Shown: in pieces, positions 9,962-19,349 of the stretch | Layout: each line of letters opens with the position of its first letter | Numbering within the stretch: the first letter of the stretch is position 1 | Assembly (NCBI GenBank): GCA_046350795.1 | Contig: JAXLZT010000001.1 | Coordinates: 80,468 to 144,467, forward strand | Origin: Minisyncoccota bacterium | GTDB taxonomy: Bacteria; Patescibacteriota; Minisyncoccia; Phycocordibacterales; CALRHW01 | Length of the DNA stretch: 64,000 bases | Direction: 5' to 3' | Program-made: the position numbers and the translations under genes | The notes under the pieces: generated by a model | Database searches by the model: none | What the model was told of the DNA's origin: nothing | What the model saw: the letters and a program-made list of their open reading frames with translations, nothing else

Positions 9962-10370
9962 TTTTTTTGTTAGCAAAATATAAAAATATTGCAGAAACAA
10001 CACCACCCAAAGAATCCATAATGACATCTTTTACTGTATCAAAAATATGGTCGGCTAGTGGACCATATAAAAAAGTAATACCTGTAACGTATTCGAAAAT
10101 TTCCCAAACAAAACCTATACCAATAGCAACTGTGGTAGCGACAAGTATAAAAAACTTGAGATCACTCCTTTTTGGTACAGATATATATCCAGAAAAGAAA
10201 AGAATCCATAATGAAAAATACCCAAACCAAAAACCGCCAAGAAAATGCATTAAAATATCAAACCAATCCAAAGTCCAATACAGATAATAATGTACAGCGA
10301 CCTGCTGAAGTATTCCAATAACAAGTATTATGAAAAAAAGAAACAAAAAAAGTGGTTTTTTGAGCATCAT
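9948..10370 (-). CDS. Membrane protein (DUF2238/VanZ-like)
   Basis: Four hydrophobic segments; WFDILMHFLGG, WEIFEY, DTVKD motifs. Confidence 0.7.
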   Translation of the reverse strand: MMLKKPLFLFLFFIILVIGILQQVAVHYYLYWTLDWFDILMHFLGGFWFGYFSLWILFFSGYISVPKRSDLKFFILVATTVAIGIGFVWEIFEYVTGITFLYGPLADHIFDTVKDVIMDSLGGVVSAIFLYFANKKNVIS

Positions 10371-10401
10371 TCTTTTCAATAATAACTTTTTTATCTGAAA
10401 A

Positions 10402-10431
10402 TTAAAACATCCGCTTTCGCGGATATCTTAA
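10402..10431 (-). terminator. Terminator after the 6S-like RNA
   Basis: Minus strand ATCCGC-GAAA-GCGGAT followed by GTTTTAATTTT. Confidence 0.65.
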
Positions 10432-10433
10432 TA

Positions 10434-10559
10434 AGGGTTACTCGAGTATATTGCCCTAGTGTTTAGCTAGGTGGGTGCCCGAAACGCTATACCAAGGTAT
10501 AGAATTATCTTTGGCTCCCTGAATATTTATTTAATCTAGATAATATCCCAAATAACCCT
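10434..10559 (-). ncRNA. ssrS: Putative compact 6S RNA
   Basis: TATAAT at 10566-10571; 5' and 3' ends pair in a long stem; central AU-rich bubble; GGGAGCC and GGCACCCACCT motifs typical of 6S; own terminator. Confidence 0.65.
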
Positions 10560-10710
10560 GTCATAATTATACGCCTGTCTACACACCATTCAATCTTTTT
10601 GCACACATTTTGCATCATTGTGATACAAATCAGAAAGAGAAGCAAGAAAAGCAACAAAAAATGGCTTCAAAAAAGAGTTAAGTGAGATTGATTTTTAAAT
10701 GTACAAAATT

Positions 10711-11325
10711 TTATTCCAAAATACCGTCTAAATTTACATCGTAAAGCATCTGCTCTGCGAGAAGTCTGTAGTCCACCACCTCTTCTGGAGAAAACCAGTG
10801 ATTTATTTCATTGTTTGCTTCCTCTACTGAGCCTGAAGCATGCACTAGATTGCGCACTGCACGTCCATCTGTATCTGACATCATGTATGAATCAAGAACA
10901 AAGTCTCCGCGAATAGTACCGACATCTGTAGAAAGTGGCTCTGTGCCTCCAGTGATCTTGCGAACAATCTTTACAGCATGTGCACCCTGCCAGACCATAG
11001 CTATCACAGGACCACTTGTCATGTATTTCTTTAAAACATCCAAAACAACTCTTGTTATTTCTAGAGGGTCTTCTGTTGTGAGAGTCTCCCCTTTTTCTTT
11101 TGCTACTTTGATGCGCTTTTCACCTGTAATGCGTCGCCACTCTGGATCTAGTGTGTAATGTTGCTCGATTTTTTCTGCTGTAGGCACCAACATTTTGATA
11201 GCTACTAGCTTGAGGCCAGCTCGCTCGTATCTTTTGATAATCTCTCCGATGAGAGTTCGTTGCACGCCGTCTGGTTTGATAATCACGAGAGTCCGCTCGT
11301 TTTTCGGATGTGAATTTTTTGTCAT
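10711..11325 (-). CDS. ndk: Nucleoside diphosphate kinase
   Basis: ERTLVIIKPDGVQR, GTIRGDF, NLVHASGS (catalytic His). Confidence 0.96.
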   Translation of the reverse strand: MTKNSHPKNERTLVIIKPDGVQRTLIGEIIKRYERAGLKLVAIKMLVPTAEKIEQHYTLDPEWRRITGEKRIKVAKEKGETLTTEDPLEITRVVLDVLKKYMTSGPVIAMVWQGAHAVKIVRKITGGTEPLSTDVGTIRGDFVLDSYMMSDTDGRAVRNLVHASGSVEEANNEINHWFSPEEVVDYRLLAEQMLYDVNLDGILE

Positions 11326-11364
11326 TTTGTAAGTATAAAAGAGGGGTTTGAAAAAGACAAGTTT

Positions 11365-11435
11365 AAAAATCAAAAAAGTGACTCCCTCTCTAAAGCGCTT
11401 CGCTAACCCATTCGGGAATTACTTTCTTGATTTTT
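11365..11435. repeat. Imperfect long inverted repeat upstream of the methyltransferase gene
   Basis: AAAAATCAAAAAAGTGACTCCC ... GGGAATTACTTTCTTGATTTTT, 22-bp arms with 3 mismatches. Confidence 0.6.
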
Positions 11436-11462
11436 TTACATTATCCTTTATTATTCAAAATT

Positions 11463-12143
11463 ATGAATGACTATGTTTTACTATCAGAAAGATTCTCCCG
11501 CTTTAAAGAAATAAGTAGAGAGGAGGAAACTATAATTAATCTAATAAGACAAAACATTTTGGTCAATGAAAATTGCAAAATATTGGATATTGGTTCAAAT
11601 AGAGGTGCAATATCTCATGCCCTGCAAAAAAATACAAACAACATAACCTTAATAGATGTAGAAGATTTTGACATTAAGACAGGTGCAAGATTTTTTAAAG
11701 GAAAATGGGAAGATCTAAATCTAGATGAAAAATTTGATGTTATCCTAGCTAGTCATATTTGGGGACATTTTCATTATGAAAAAACAACAAGAAAGTCTTT
11801 CGAAAAAGCTCTAAACTCCCTTACCCCTAAAGGCAAAATAATTCTTTGTTACAATTCCAACGATGATTTTGTTGGAAAACTAGTAAATTTTTGTAATACA
11901 ATATTTAATGATTTCCAATACGATATCTTTGATGAATCATTATTGGACAATCCCAAAATAGTAAACTTTTCTTTAACATTAAAATGTAAAGATTTCGGAG
12001 AGTTGGCAGATTTAGTCCAGGTATTGATTATCGTTCCAGATACTGAATTTGAGTCTAAGAAAGCAGAGATAGAAAGTTTTTTGCGCAACAATCTGGAAAA
12101 ACCAGAATTTGCTATAAACCAAAAACTGGTAATCATTGGTTAG
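11463..12143 (+). CDS. Class I SAM-dependent methyltransferase
   Basis: Motif I ILDIGSNRG, motif II EKFDVILASH, LTPKGKIIL. Confidence 0.85.
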   Translation: MNDYVLLSERFSRFKEISREEETIINLIRQNILVNENCKILDIGSNRGAISHALQKNTNNITLIDVEDFDIKTGARFFKGKWEDLNLDEKFDVILASHIWGHFHYEKTTRKSFEKALNSLTPKGKIILCYNSNDDFVGKLVNFCNTIFNDFQYDIFDESLLDNPKIVNFSLTLKCKDFGELADLVQVLIIVPDTEFESKKAEIESFLRNNLEKPEFAINQKLVIIG

Positions 12144-12186
12144 TAAACAAAAAGTCCGTACCCTTTTTAGTACTTTTTGTTTACTA
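12141..12186. repeat. 15-bp perfect inverted repeat or terminator, sharing 17 nt with the element at 34338
   Basis: TAGTAAACAAAAAGT...ACTTTTTGTTTACTA; contains CAAAAAGTCCGTACCCT. Confidence 0.65.
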
Positions 12187-12188
12187 CC

Positions 12189-12959
12189 TTACTCCCCCTT
12201 TGTCAAAACAATTGGCGGGCCATCTGTGATGGCCACAGTGTGTTCAAAGTGCGCGCTACGTTTGCCGTCGCGTGTGCGAAAAGTGTATCCATCCTGATCT
12301 AGTTTTATTTTTCCTGTACCAATATTTAGCATCGGCTCTATAGCTATGACCATACCGGGCTTGAGTAATATACCTGTACCTTTTTTACCGGTATTTGGTA
12401 CATACGGCTCTTCATGCACAGCATACCCCACACCATGACCAGCAAGACCTTCAGCATTTGAAAATCCACGTGATGTAGCAAAAGTTTCGATAGCGTATCC
12501 AATGTCACCTATGCGAGCTCCGCCACGCGCTGCTTCTATTCCCTTTTGCAAAGCTTCACGAGTCACTTTCAAAAGTGTCTTTGCTTCATCATCTATTTTT
12601 CCCACAGGCACAGTGATAGCAGAATCTACCACCATGCCTTTGTGTGTAATACAAAAATCCAAACCTACGATGTCGCCCTCTTTTAAGATACGATCTTCGC
12701 TCGGTATGCCATGTACCACTTCATCGTTTATAGAGACACACATACTAGCCGGATATGGTCTTTTTGCTCCATATGGCTTGTAGTGTAAAAGAGATAGCTC
12801 ATCCCCACCCTCTAGGGCAAGCTCGCGCGCACGGTCATCTAGAGCCTTTGTAGACACTCCCGGTGCCACCATCTTTTCTAGTTCACGCAAGATAAAAGCC
12901 AAGCGCTTTCCACCCTCTCTTAGAATCTCTATTTCCTCCTGTGTCTTTATTGTAACCAT
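12189..12959 (-). CDS. map: Methionine aminopeptidase type I
   Basis: SINDEVVHGIP, DSAIT, GHGVG, AIEPM, SAHFEHT. Confidence 0.97.
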   Translation of the reverse strand: MVTIKTQEEIEILREGGKRLAFILRELEKMVAPGVSTKALDDRARELALEGGDELSLLHYKPYGAKRPYPASMCVSINDEVVHGIPSEDRILKEGDIVGLDFCITHKGMVVDSAITVPVGKIDDEAKTLLKVTREALQKGIEAARGGARIGDIGYAIETFATSRGFSNAEGLAGHGVGYAVHEEPYVPNTGKKGTGILLKPGMVIAIEPMLNIGTGKIKLDQDGYTFRTRDGKRSAHFEHTVAITDGPPIVLTKGE

Positions 12960-12995
12960 GGCAACAAGTGTATGAAACAAAAAGATAACTTTTAT

Positions 12996-13589
12996 TTAGT
13001 ATAAAATCAACTTTTCTTTGATGTCGGCAAAAACTTTTTCTCTCCCCTGCTCACCGTCTACTTCTATAAAATTATAGTTGGGATTGTTGCGATAATACTC
13101 TATAGCTGGCACCACATCAGTATCAAACCAGCCCAGACGTGTTTCTATGCCTTCTGGTGAGTCATCAGATCGTCCACGTGACATCAAATGCTTTCTGGAC
13201 CATTCGCGACTGACTCTAGGATAGATTACATTTGCCTTTCGCCCATAAAAAGAAAGCGCTGAATCGAAACTTTCAGCCTCTATGAGAGATCGAGCGACAC
13301 CGTCAATAATCAGATGCTCGTCTCCTTTGAAATTTTTTATCATCACATCAGCGGCAAGCCATATCGCAAGAAAATCTGGCTGACGTTCTTTTCTAGAATA
13401 AATTTTTGCAGAAAGCTCGCTCGTATAACCCTTTTCTTTTATAAACTCACGAAATTTTTCTCCGGACTCTAGATGAAAAACCGGACGGACTGCTGTGTCT
13501 TTTTCTTTTAAATATGCTTTTAAAAATTCAGCCTGAGTCCCCTTACCGCACCCCGAATTGCCTATGAATATAAATGTTTGTGGGTTCAT
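12996..13589 (-). CDS. adk: Adenylate kinase (short form, no LID)
   Basis: GNSGCGKGTQ P-loop, IIDGVAR, RGRSDD; located between secY and map. Confidence 0.85.
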   Translation of the reverse strand: MNPQTFIFIGNSGCGKGTQAEFLKAYLKEKDTAVRPVFHLESGEKFREFIKEKGYTSELSAKIYSRKERQPDFLAIWLAADVMIKNFKGDEHLIIDGVARSLIEAESFDSALSFYGRKANVIYPRVSREWSRKHLMSRGRSDDSPEGIETRLGWFDTDVVPAIEYYRNNPNYNFIEVDGEQGREKVFADIKEKLILY

Positions 13590-13667
13590 GAGTTAAGTAT
13601 ACCAGTAGACAAGAGAAAAACATCATAGCGATTGACGCGTGCTTTTCAAATGATGTTTTTCGTTGGC

Positions 13668-14939
13668 CTAGTACTCTCTTATTGAGATTTGCGCCTCAGT
13701 CTTTTTGATGAGATCAATAACCACAGAAACCACGATAAGTAGCGCGGTACCACCAACAGAGAAAGCTGTGATACCTGTACCCGCTTTTACGACAAGAGGA
13801 AGCACAGCGATGATACCTAGGAATAGCGCACCAAAAAGTGTGAGACGAGTGAGTATGCGAGCGATATGATCTGAAGTGGATTGACCTGGTCGCACACCTG
13901 GGATAAATGCTCCACCTTTTTGCAGGTTTGTAGAAATAGAGTCTGGATCAAAAGTCACGGCTGTGTAGAAATATGTGAAGATAAACACAAGGAAGAAATA
14001 CAATACACCGTGTATCCAGCCGTTATTTAGGAAATCCAGGACAAACCTTGAAACACTCTGAAATGTTGCATTGTTTACATTATGAAGGAAATTAAAAATC
14101 ATCTGAGGGAAAAGCAGGATAGAAAGAGCAAAGATGATTGGAATCACTCCAGCTTGATTGAGTCGCAAAGGCAAATATGTAGACACGCCACCGTATACCT
14201 TTGCTCCACGAACACGCTTTGCATATGTAATAGGAATAGGTCGCTCTGCTTCTGTAATCACCACTACACCAGCGATGACCACGAGTGTCACAGCAACAAA
14301 CAAAATGTATGTAGGTATTTGAGAAGGTTCAAAAATCAAAGCAAGTTGAGAAATACCTGAAGGAAGTCTAGATACTATACCAGCGAAAATGATAAGTGAT
14401 AGACCGTTACCTATACCATACTCAGAAATAAGCTCACCTATCCACATAAGCAACATAGCACCAGCTACAATGATGGCGATATTTACTATCTGATCAAAAC
14501 CACTTATAGAAGCGAGTACACCGTTTGTTCTCAAAAGTGCCAAAAATCCAAAAGCTTGCACAGCTGCAATAGGCACAGTGAGCATACGTGAATATTGTGA
14601 AAACTTTTTTCGTCCAGCATCTCCCTCCTCTTGGTATAAAGCCTTTAATCTAGGAGACATGATGGTCGAAAGTTGCATGATAATAGAAGCCGTAATGTAT
14701 GGACTCACTCCAATCATCACTATAGATAGATTTGAAAAACCACCTCCAGAGAAAATATTGAAAAGATTTAGAAAATCATTACCAGCAAAAAGAGCTTGTA
14801 ACTTTAAAGTATCCACACCTGGAATAGGAATAGCAGCGAAAAGACGAAAGACCACTAGAGCTCCCAATGTGAACAAAATTCTCTTTCGTAGGATTCGATC
14901 CTGAAAGATTGATTTTATTTTTGCGAAAAAAGTTTTCAT
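13668..14939 (-). CDS. secY: Preprotein translocase SecY
   Basis: GVSPYITASII, GIGNGLSLIIF, IPGVRPG, GGTALLIVV. Confidence 0.98.
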   Translation of the reverse strand: MKTFFAKIKSIFQDRILRKRILFTLGALVVFRLFAAIPIPGVDTLKLQALFAGNDFLNLFNIFSGGGFSNLSIVMIGVSPYITASIIMQLSTIMSPRLKALYQEEGDAGRKKFSQYSRMLTVPIAAVQAFGFLALLRTNGVLASISGFDQIVNIAIIVAGAMLLMWIGELISEYGIGNGLSLIIFAGIVSRLPSGISQLALIFEPSQIPTYILFVAVTLVVIAGVVVITEAERPIPITYAKRVRGAKVYGGVSTYLPLRLNQAGVIPIIFALSILLFPQMIFNFLHNVNNATFQSVSRFVLDFLNNGWIHGVLYFFLVFIFTYFYTAVTFDPDSISTNLQKGGAFIPGVRPGQSTSDHIARILTRLTLFGALFLGIIAVLPLVVKAGTGITAFSVGGTALLIVVSVVIDLIKKTEAQISIREY

Positions 14940-14940
14940 A

Positions 14941-15375
14941 TTATTCTGCTACTGTACCGCCAGCTTTTTCTATCTTTGTCTTTGCGCCAACTGATACTAG
15001 ACATCCTGAAATAGTTAGCTTTTTTGTAAGGTCACCACCAGCAAGAATCTTTACTGTTGCTCGTGTTCCCTTTCTTAAGTTTATCACACCCTTTTCTACT
15101 AGTGTGTTTGGGGTTACGCTTTCACCATTTGAAAAAGCAGTCTCTATTACGCCCAGGTTTACAGATATAGATTTTGAACGAATAGTGTTGAAAGAATATC
15201 CGCGTAGCTTTGGTAGACGCTTTATGAAATCACGAATCTCAGGTCGTAGCTTTCCACCTGCGCGAGCTTTCTGACCCTTTGTGCCTCGGCCAGAAGTTTT
15301 GCCACGCTTACCGCCACGTCCCACTGATTGAGACTTTTTGTTTGATGTTTTTCTTTTTATATTATGAATCTGCAT
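14941..15375 (-). CDS. rplO: 50S ribosomal protein L15
   Basis: GRGGKRGKTSGRGTKGQKAR. Confidence 0.97.
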   Translation of the reverse strand: MQIHNIKRKTSNKKSQSVGRGGKRGKTSGRGTKGQKARAGGKLRPEIRDFIKRLPKLRGYSFNTIRSKSISVNLGVIETAFSNGESVTPNTLVEKGVINLRKGTRATVKILAGGDLTKKLTISGCLVSVGAKTKIEKAGGTVAE

Positions 15376-15379
15376 GGTT

Positions 15380-16024
15380 TTATGCTTTTACACTTTCAGC
15401 TGCCACTTTTGCCGCTTCTACTGAAGCTTTTACCTTTCTTGTTTTTAGTTTTCTCAAAGCTTCGATAGCTGCACGGGCATTGTTTAATTTGTTTTTACTT
15501 CGAGAAAAAATCTTTGCACCTGAGTTTTTAATACCAGCAAGCTCTAGTACAGGTCGTACTGAGCTACCTGCGATAATACCTTTTCCTGGAGCTGGCATAA
15601 TCATTACCCTAGATCCACAGTACTTTGCCTCCACGTCATGAGAAATAGACATGTCTTTTGTCAAAGTCACAGTAATCATGTTTTTCTTTGCATCTCGCAC
15701 TGCTTTATCAATAGCCAAAGAAGTGTCTCCTGCTTTTCCTATACCCACTCCCACAGAGCCTTTTTTATTACCAGCCACTATAGCCACACTAAAGCTAAAT
15801 CGGCGTCCTCCAGTTACCACACGAGTCACTCGGCGAATACTGATGATTTTCTGATCAAATTCTGGCTTTGCTCGAGCTTCGCGTCGTGGAGATTTTCTCG
15901 GATTTTTCTGAAAAGAAGATCGGCGATCTTGACCACCTACACCAAAAGTCTTTTGAGTTTTAGACTCTGTTGTCGCAGTCTCTACTGGTGGAATATTTTC
16001 TGTTGTAGTTGTTTCTGTTTCCAT
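15380..16024 (-). CDS. rpsE: 30S ribosomal protein S5
   Basis: RRVTRVVTGGRRFSF, PAPGKGIIAG. Confidence 0.97.
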   Translation of the reverse strand: METETTTTENIPPVETATTESKTQKTFGVGGQDRRSSFQKNPRKSPRREARAKPEFDQKIISIRRVTRVVTGGRRFSFSVAIVAGNKKGSVGVGIGKAGDTSLAIDKAVRDAKKNMITVTLTKDMSISHDVEAKYCGSRVMIMPAPGKGIIAGSSVRPVLELAGIKNSGAKIFSRSKNKLNNARAAIEALRKLKTRKVKASVEAAKVAAESVKA

Positions 16025-16027
16025 ATA

Positions 16028-16378
16028 TTAAAACTTTAATCCTCCCTCTCTAGCACCCTCTGCCACCGCTTTTATCTTGCCAGTATACACAAATCCGCCT
16101 CGATCAAAAACAACTTCTTTGATGTTTTTTTCCAAAGCTTTTTTTGCTATCTCTTTTCCAGCAGCCAAAGCCTTCTCTGTGCCAGTCTTTCCTTTTACAT
16201 CTTTTGTAGAAGAAGCGACTAGAGTCTTGCCCGCTTCATCATCTATAAGCTGTAGATAAAGAGCTGTGTTTGTTTTTGCTACTGAAAAACGTGGGCGTAG
16301 AGAAGTACCAGAAATCACTGTTCGGATTTTCTTGTGTCGTCTTACTCTTTTTTCTGTTTTAATCTGACTTTTACTCAT
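16028..16378 (-). CDS. rplR: 50S ribosomal protein L18
   Basis: VVFDRGGFVYTGKIKAVAEGAREGGLKF. Confidence 0.97.
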   Translation of the reverse strand: MSKSQIKTEKRVRRHKKIRTVISGTSLRPRFSVAKTNTALYLQLIDDEAGKTLVASSTKDVKGKTGTEKALAAGKEIAKKALEKNIKEVVFDRGGFVYTGKIKAVAEGAREGGLKF

Positions 16379-16387
16379 GTTATTTTT

Positions 16388-16918
16388 TTATGCGGCCTTC
16401 TTTCCCTGCTTTCGGCGAATTACTTCATCTGAATATCGGATACCCTTACCTTTGTAAGGCTCAGGCTTTTTCAGTGAACGAATCTTTGCCACAAACTGAC
16501 CTACTTTTTCTATATCAATACCAGTCACAGTGATATTACCTTTTTCAGAGACCACTTTTAGATCAGCTGGGATAGGCACTTTTACTAAATGTGAAAAACC
16601 AAGTCCCATCACTAGCTCAGCTCCCTTTACTTCCGCCTTGTATCCAATACCTTCTATGATGAGCTTTTTTTCAAATGCTTTGTTTACACCAGCAATCATG
16701 TTGGTTAGATGAGAAGCAAATGTGCCCCAAAGAGCTACGTTTTTGTTTTCTTTGTTTAGAGAAAGAACAGCAGTACCGTCAGCAACAGTCACCACTACTC
16801 CGCCACCAAACTCCCTTGAGATCTCACCGAGAGGACCTTTTACTATGACCATATCACCAGAAGTTTTCACTTCTGTTTTCTCTGGGATTGTTATTACTTT
16901 TTTACCGATTCTAGACAT
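16388..16918 (-). CDS. rplF: 50S ribosomal protein L6
   Basis: MSRIGKK, PEPYKGKGIRY. Confidence 0.98.
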   Translation of the reverse strand: MSRIGKKVITIPEKTEVKTSGDMVIVKGPLGEISREFGGGVVVTVADGTAVLSLNKENKNVALWGTFASHLTNMIAGVNKAFEKKLIIEGIGYKAEVKGAELVMGLGFSHLVKVPIPADLKVVSEKGNITVTGIDIEKVGQFVAKIRSLKKPEPYKGKGIRYSDEVIRRKQGKKAA

Positions 16919-16944
16919 TTTTGTTTTATTTTCTTCGCTGATTT

Positions 16945-17334
16945 TTACCAGATCTTAAACAATACTTCACCTCCCACCTTTTCTTTCTTTGCTTCTTTAT
17001 TTGTCATTATTCCTTTTGGTGTAGTGAGGACGAGTAAACCTGTGCCATATTTTACAGATCGCAAATCTTTTGATTTTTGATAAATTCTTTTTGAAAGTTT
17101 TGAAACGCGCTGTACACCTCTAACCTTTGGAGATCCATCAGCTTCATAGTTGAGCTCTGCCTCTATAAACTTTGTCACTTTTTTTCCTTTCTTTGCTACA
17201 GATTTTAGGTAACCCTCTTTTTGTAACACAGAAGCAATTTCGAATTTGATTTTTGAATATGGAAATACGAGAGACTCCTTTTTTACGTCTCCAGCGTTTT
17301 TTATTCTTGTTATCATGTCAGCTATTTGATCCAT
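16945..17334 (-). CDS. rpsH: 30S ribosomal protein S8
   Basis: MDQIADMITRIKNA, GGEVLFKIW. Confidence 0.97.
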   Translation of the reverse strand: MDQIADMITRIKNAGDVKKESLVFPYSKIKFEIASVLQKEGYLKSVAKKGKKVTKFIEAELNYEADGSPKVRGVQRVSKLSKRIYQKSKDLRSVKYGTGLLVLTTPKGIMTNKEAKKEKVGGEVLFKIW

Positions 17335-17344
17335 ATATGTATTT

Positions 17345-17530
17345 TTACCAAGAAGATTTCTTGATTCCCGGGATTTTACCCTCGTTAGCAAACTCTCTAA
17401 AACAGATACGGCATAGATCAAAATCTCTCATATATCCTCGCTTTCGACCACATCTAAAACATCGTCTTACCACTCTCGTGCTAAACTTTGGTTCCTTTTT
17501 TGATCTTGCTATAACTGATGTTTTTGCCAT
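17345..17530 (-). CDS. rpsN: 30S ribosomal protein S14 (zinc-binding type Z)
   Basis: RCFRCGR...LCRICFRE, 61 aa. Confidence 0.97.
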   Translation of the reverse strand: MAKTSVIARSKKEPKFSTRVVRRCFRCGRKRGYMRDFDLCRICFREFANEGKIPGIKKSSW

Positions 17531-17550
17531 ATTGTGTAGGGATTAGAATA

Positions 17551-18138
17551 CTAGGATTTAGCCTTTTTAGCAACCTTTTTACCCTTTTCATTCTCCTCCG
17601 ACTTTTTGAATGGAAAACCTAGGTGGTCAAAGAAAGCCTTAGCCTCTTCCTTGCTTTTTGCTGTAGTCACCACAGTAATAGACATACCGAAAATATCCTT
17701 TAGTTCTTCATCTGTAGTTTCCGGGAAAATAGTATGCTCTCTGATGCCTAGGGTGTAGTTGCCCATACCATCAATAGCGCTAGAAGAAATACCTCGAAAA
17801 TCCTTTGTACGAGGCAAAGCGATATTGATGAGTTTATCTAGAAAGTCATACATTCGCTTGCCACGAAGTGTGACCTGAAAGCCTACTGGATCGCCTTGTC
17901 TTACCTTAAAGGCAGCGATAGAAACTTTTGCACCCTTTTTTACTGCTTTTTGTCCGGTAATTTTTGTTAGACGATCAGCTACTAGATCGATTTTCTTTTT
18001 ATCCTTAAAAGATCCAACACCAGAGCTCACTACCACTTTTACTATATGTGGAGCTTGCATAGGATTCTTATATCCCTGCATTTCTGAAAGAGCTTTAAAA
18101 GTTGAGTCGTTTTTTTCTTTTATAGTTTTGATAGACAT
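17551..18138 (-). CDS. rplE: 50S ribosomal protein L5
   Basis: ITGQKA, VTLRGKRMYDFL, IFPE. Confidence 0.97.
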   Translation of the reverse strand: MSIKTIKEKNDSTFKALSEMQGYKNPMQAPHIVKVVVSSGVGSFKDKKKIDLVADRLTKITGQKAVKKGAKVSIAAFKVRQGDPVGFQVTLRGKRMYDFLDKLINIALPRTKDFRGISSSAIDGMGNYTLGIREHTIFPETTDEELKDIFGMSITVVTTAKSKEEAKAFFDHLGFPFKKSEENEKGKKVAKKAKS

Positions 18139-18149
18139 ACTTTTGAAAT

Positions 18150-18455
18150 TTATACCTTTGCTCCGCTCTTTTTAGTCATGCGGATTTTTTTACCATTCTC
18201 TATTTTTAGAGTGACACGTGTACCTTTATTTGTCTTAGGATCAACAATCATGACATTTGAAACGTTTATGGGCATAGCTTTGTCTATGATCTGACCCTTT
18301 TGTCCGCCGTTTCTTGCGCGCTCATGCACTTTGCGTAGGTTGATTCCAGCTACAATTACTTTATTTTCTTTAGGCAAAGACTTGGTAACTTTTCCAGTTT
18401 TACCTTTGTCTTTTCCAGTGATCACTATGATGTTGTCGTCTTTTCGGATTTTCAT
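18150..18455 (-). CDS. rplX: 50S ribosomal protein L24
   Basis: KOW motif ITGKDKGKTG, INVSNV. Confidence 0.97.
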   Translation of the reverse strand: MKIRKDDNIIVITGKDKGKTGKVTKSLPKENKVIVAGINLRKVHERARNGGQKGQIIDKAMPINVSNVMIVDPKTNKGTRVTLKIENGKKIRMTKKSGAKV

Positions 18456-18460
18456 AATAT

Positions 18461-18832
18461 TTATACTACTTCTGGCGCCTTTGAAATGATTGTTTGAAAA
18501 CCTTTTTCAGCCATTTCTCTAGGAATAGGACCGAAGATTCTACCAGCGATAGGCTCATCTTTCTCTTTTTCTAGTATGACTACTGCGTTTTCATCAAATC
18601 GGATATATGATCCGTCCTTTCGGCGGAAAGCTGCTTTTTGTCGCACAACCACTGCGCGAAGTACATCTTTCTTTTTTACAGATTTTCTAGGAGCTGCTTT
18701 TTGCACAGAAAGAATAATAGTATCGCCAATAGTTGCCCATCTTTTCTTTGAGCTACCTAGCACCTTAAACACTCGTCCGATTTGTGCTCCGGAGTTGTCA
18801 GCTATTTTAATAATTGATCGTGGTTGAATCAT
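18461..18832 (-). CDS. rplN: 50S ribosomal protein L14
   Basis: ADNSGA, IRFDENAVV, RIFGPI. Confidence 0.98.
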   Translation of the reverse strand: MIQPRSIIKIADNSGAQIGRVFKVLGSSKKRWATIGDTIILSVQKAAPRKSVKKKDVLRAVVVRQKAAFRRKDGSYIRFDENAVVILEKEKDEPIAGRIFGPIPREMAEKGFQTIISKAPEVV

Positions 18833-18843
18833 GGTTTTAAATT

Positions 18844-19098
18844 TTACGCCGCTTCTTGCACGACTTTAAAATGTTTATCCTTTGAAATAGGAGCTGTCTC
18901 CTCTATCACTACTTTGTCTCCAATCTTTTTTGTATTACCAGCATCGTGAGCTTTGTACTTTTTGTGTATATGAATATATTTGTGATACTTTGGATGTTTT
19001 TCGTATCGAGCTACACGCACAGTCACAGTATCCTTCATCTTGTCTGAAGTTACTATTCCTGTAAGTGTTCTTTTTGTTTTTTCTACTTTCTTTTCCAT
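18844..19098 (-). CDS. rpsQ: 30S ribosomal protein S17
   Basis: SDKMKDTVTV, HPKY, PISKDKHF. Confidence 0.97.
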   Translation of the reverse strand: MEKKVEKTKRTLTGIVTSDKMKDTVTVRVARYEKHPKYHKYIHIHKKYKAHDAGNTKKIGDKVVIEETAPISKDKHFKVVQEAA

Positions 19099-19121
19099 GT
19101 TTTTGTTTGTAGCTGTTTTGT

Positions 19122-19310
19122 TTAAGCTTTTTTGCTTAGTACAGAAAGCTCAGTCATGATACGCGCTATGTCTTTCTTTAGCTCTCGGCCTTCTTTTACG
19201 TTTCTGATCTTGCTTCCAGAAATACCAAAACGGAAATTCTTTAAAGCCACCCTCTTGTCGTAGAGTGCTTTTTGTAGATCTTTTTCTGTTTTGTTTTTAA
19301 ATTCTGACAT
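19122..19310 (-). CDS. rpmC: 50S ribosomal protein L29
   Basis: KKDIARIMT; located between rplP and rpsQ. Confidence 0.92.
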   Translation of the reverse strand: MSEFKNKTEKDLQKALYDKRVALKNFRFGISGSKIRNVKEGRELKKDIARIMTELSVLSKKA

Positions 19311-19349
19311 AACGTTGTATACTATCTTTTTTTTGATTTTAGTCAAACT

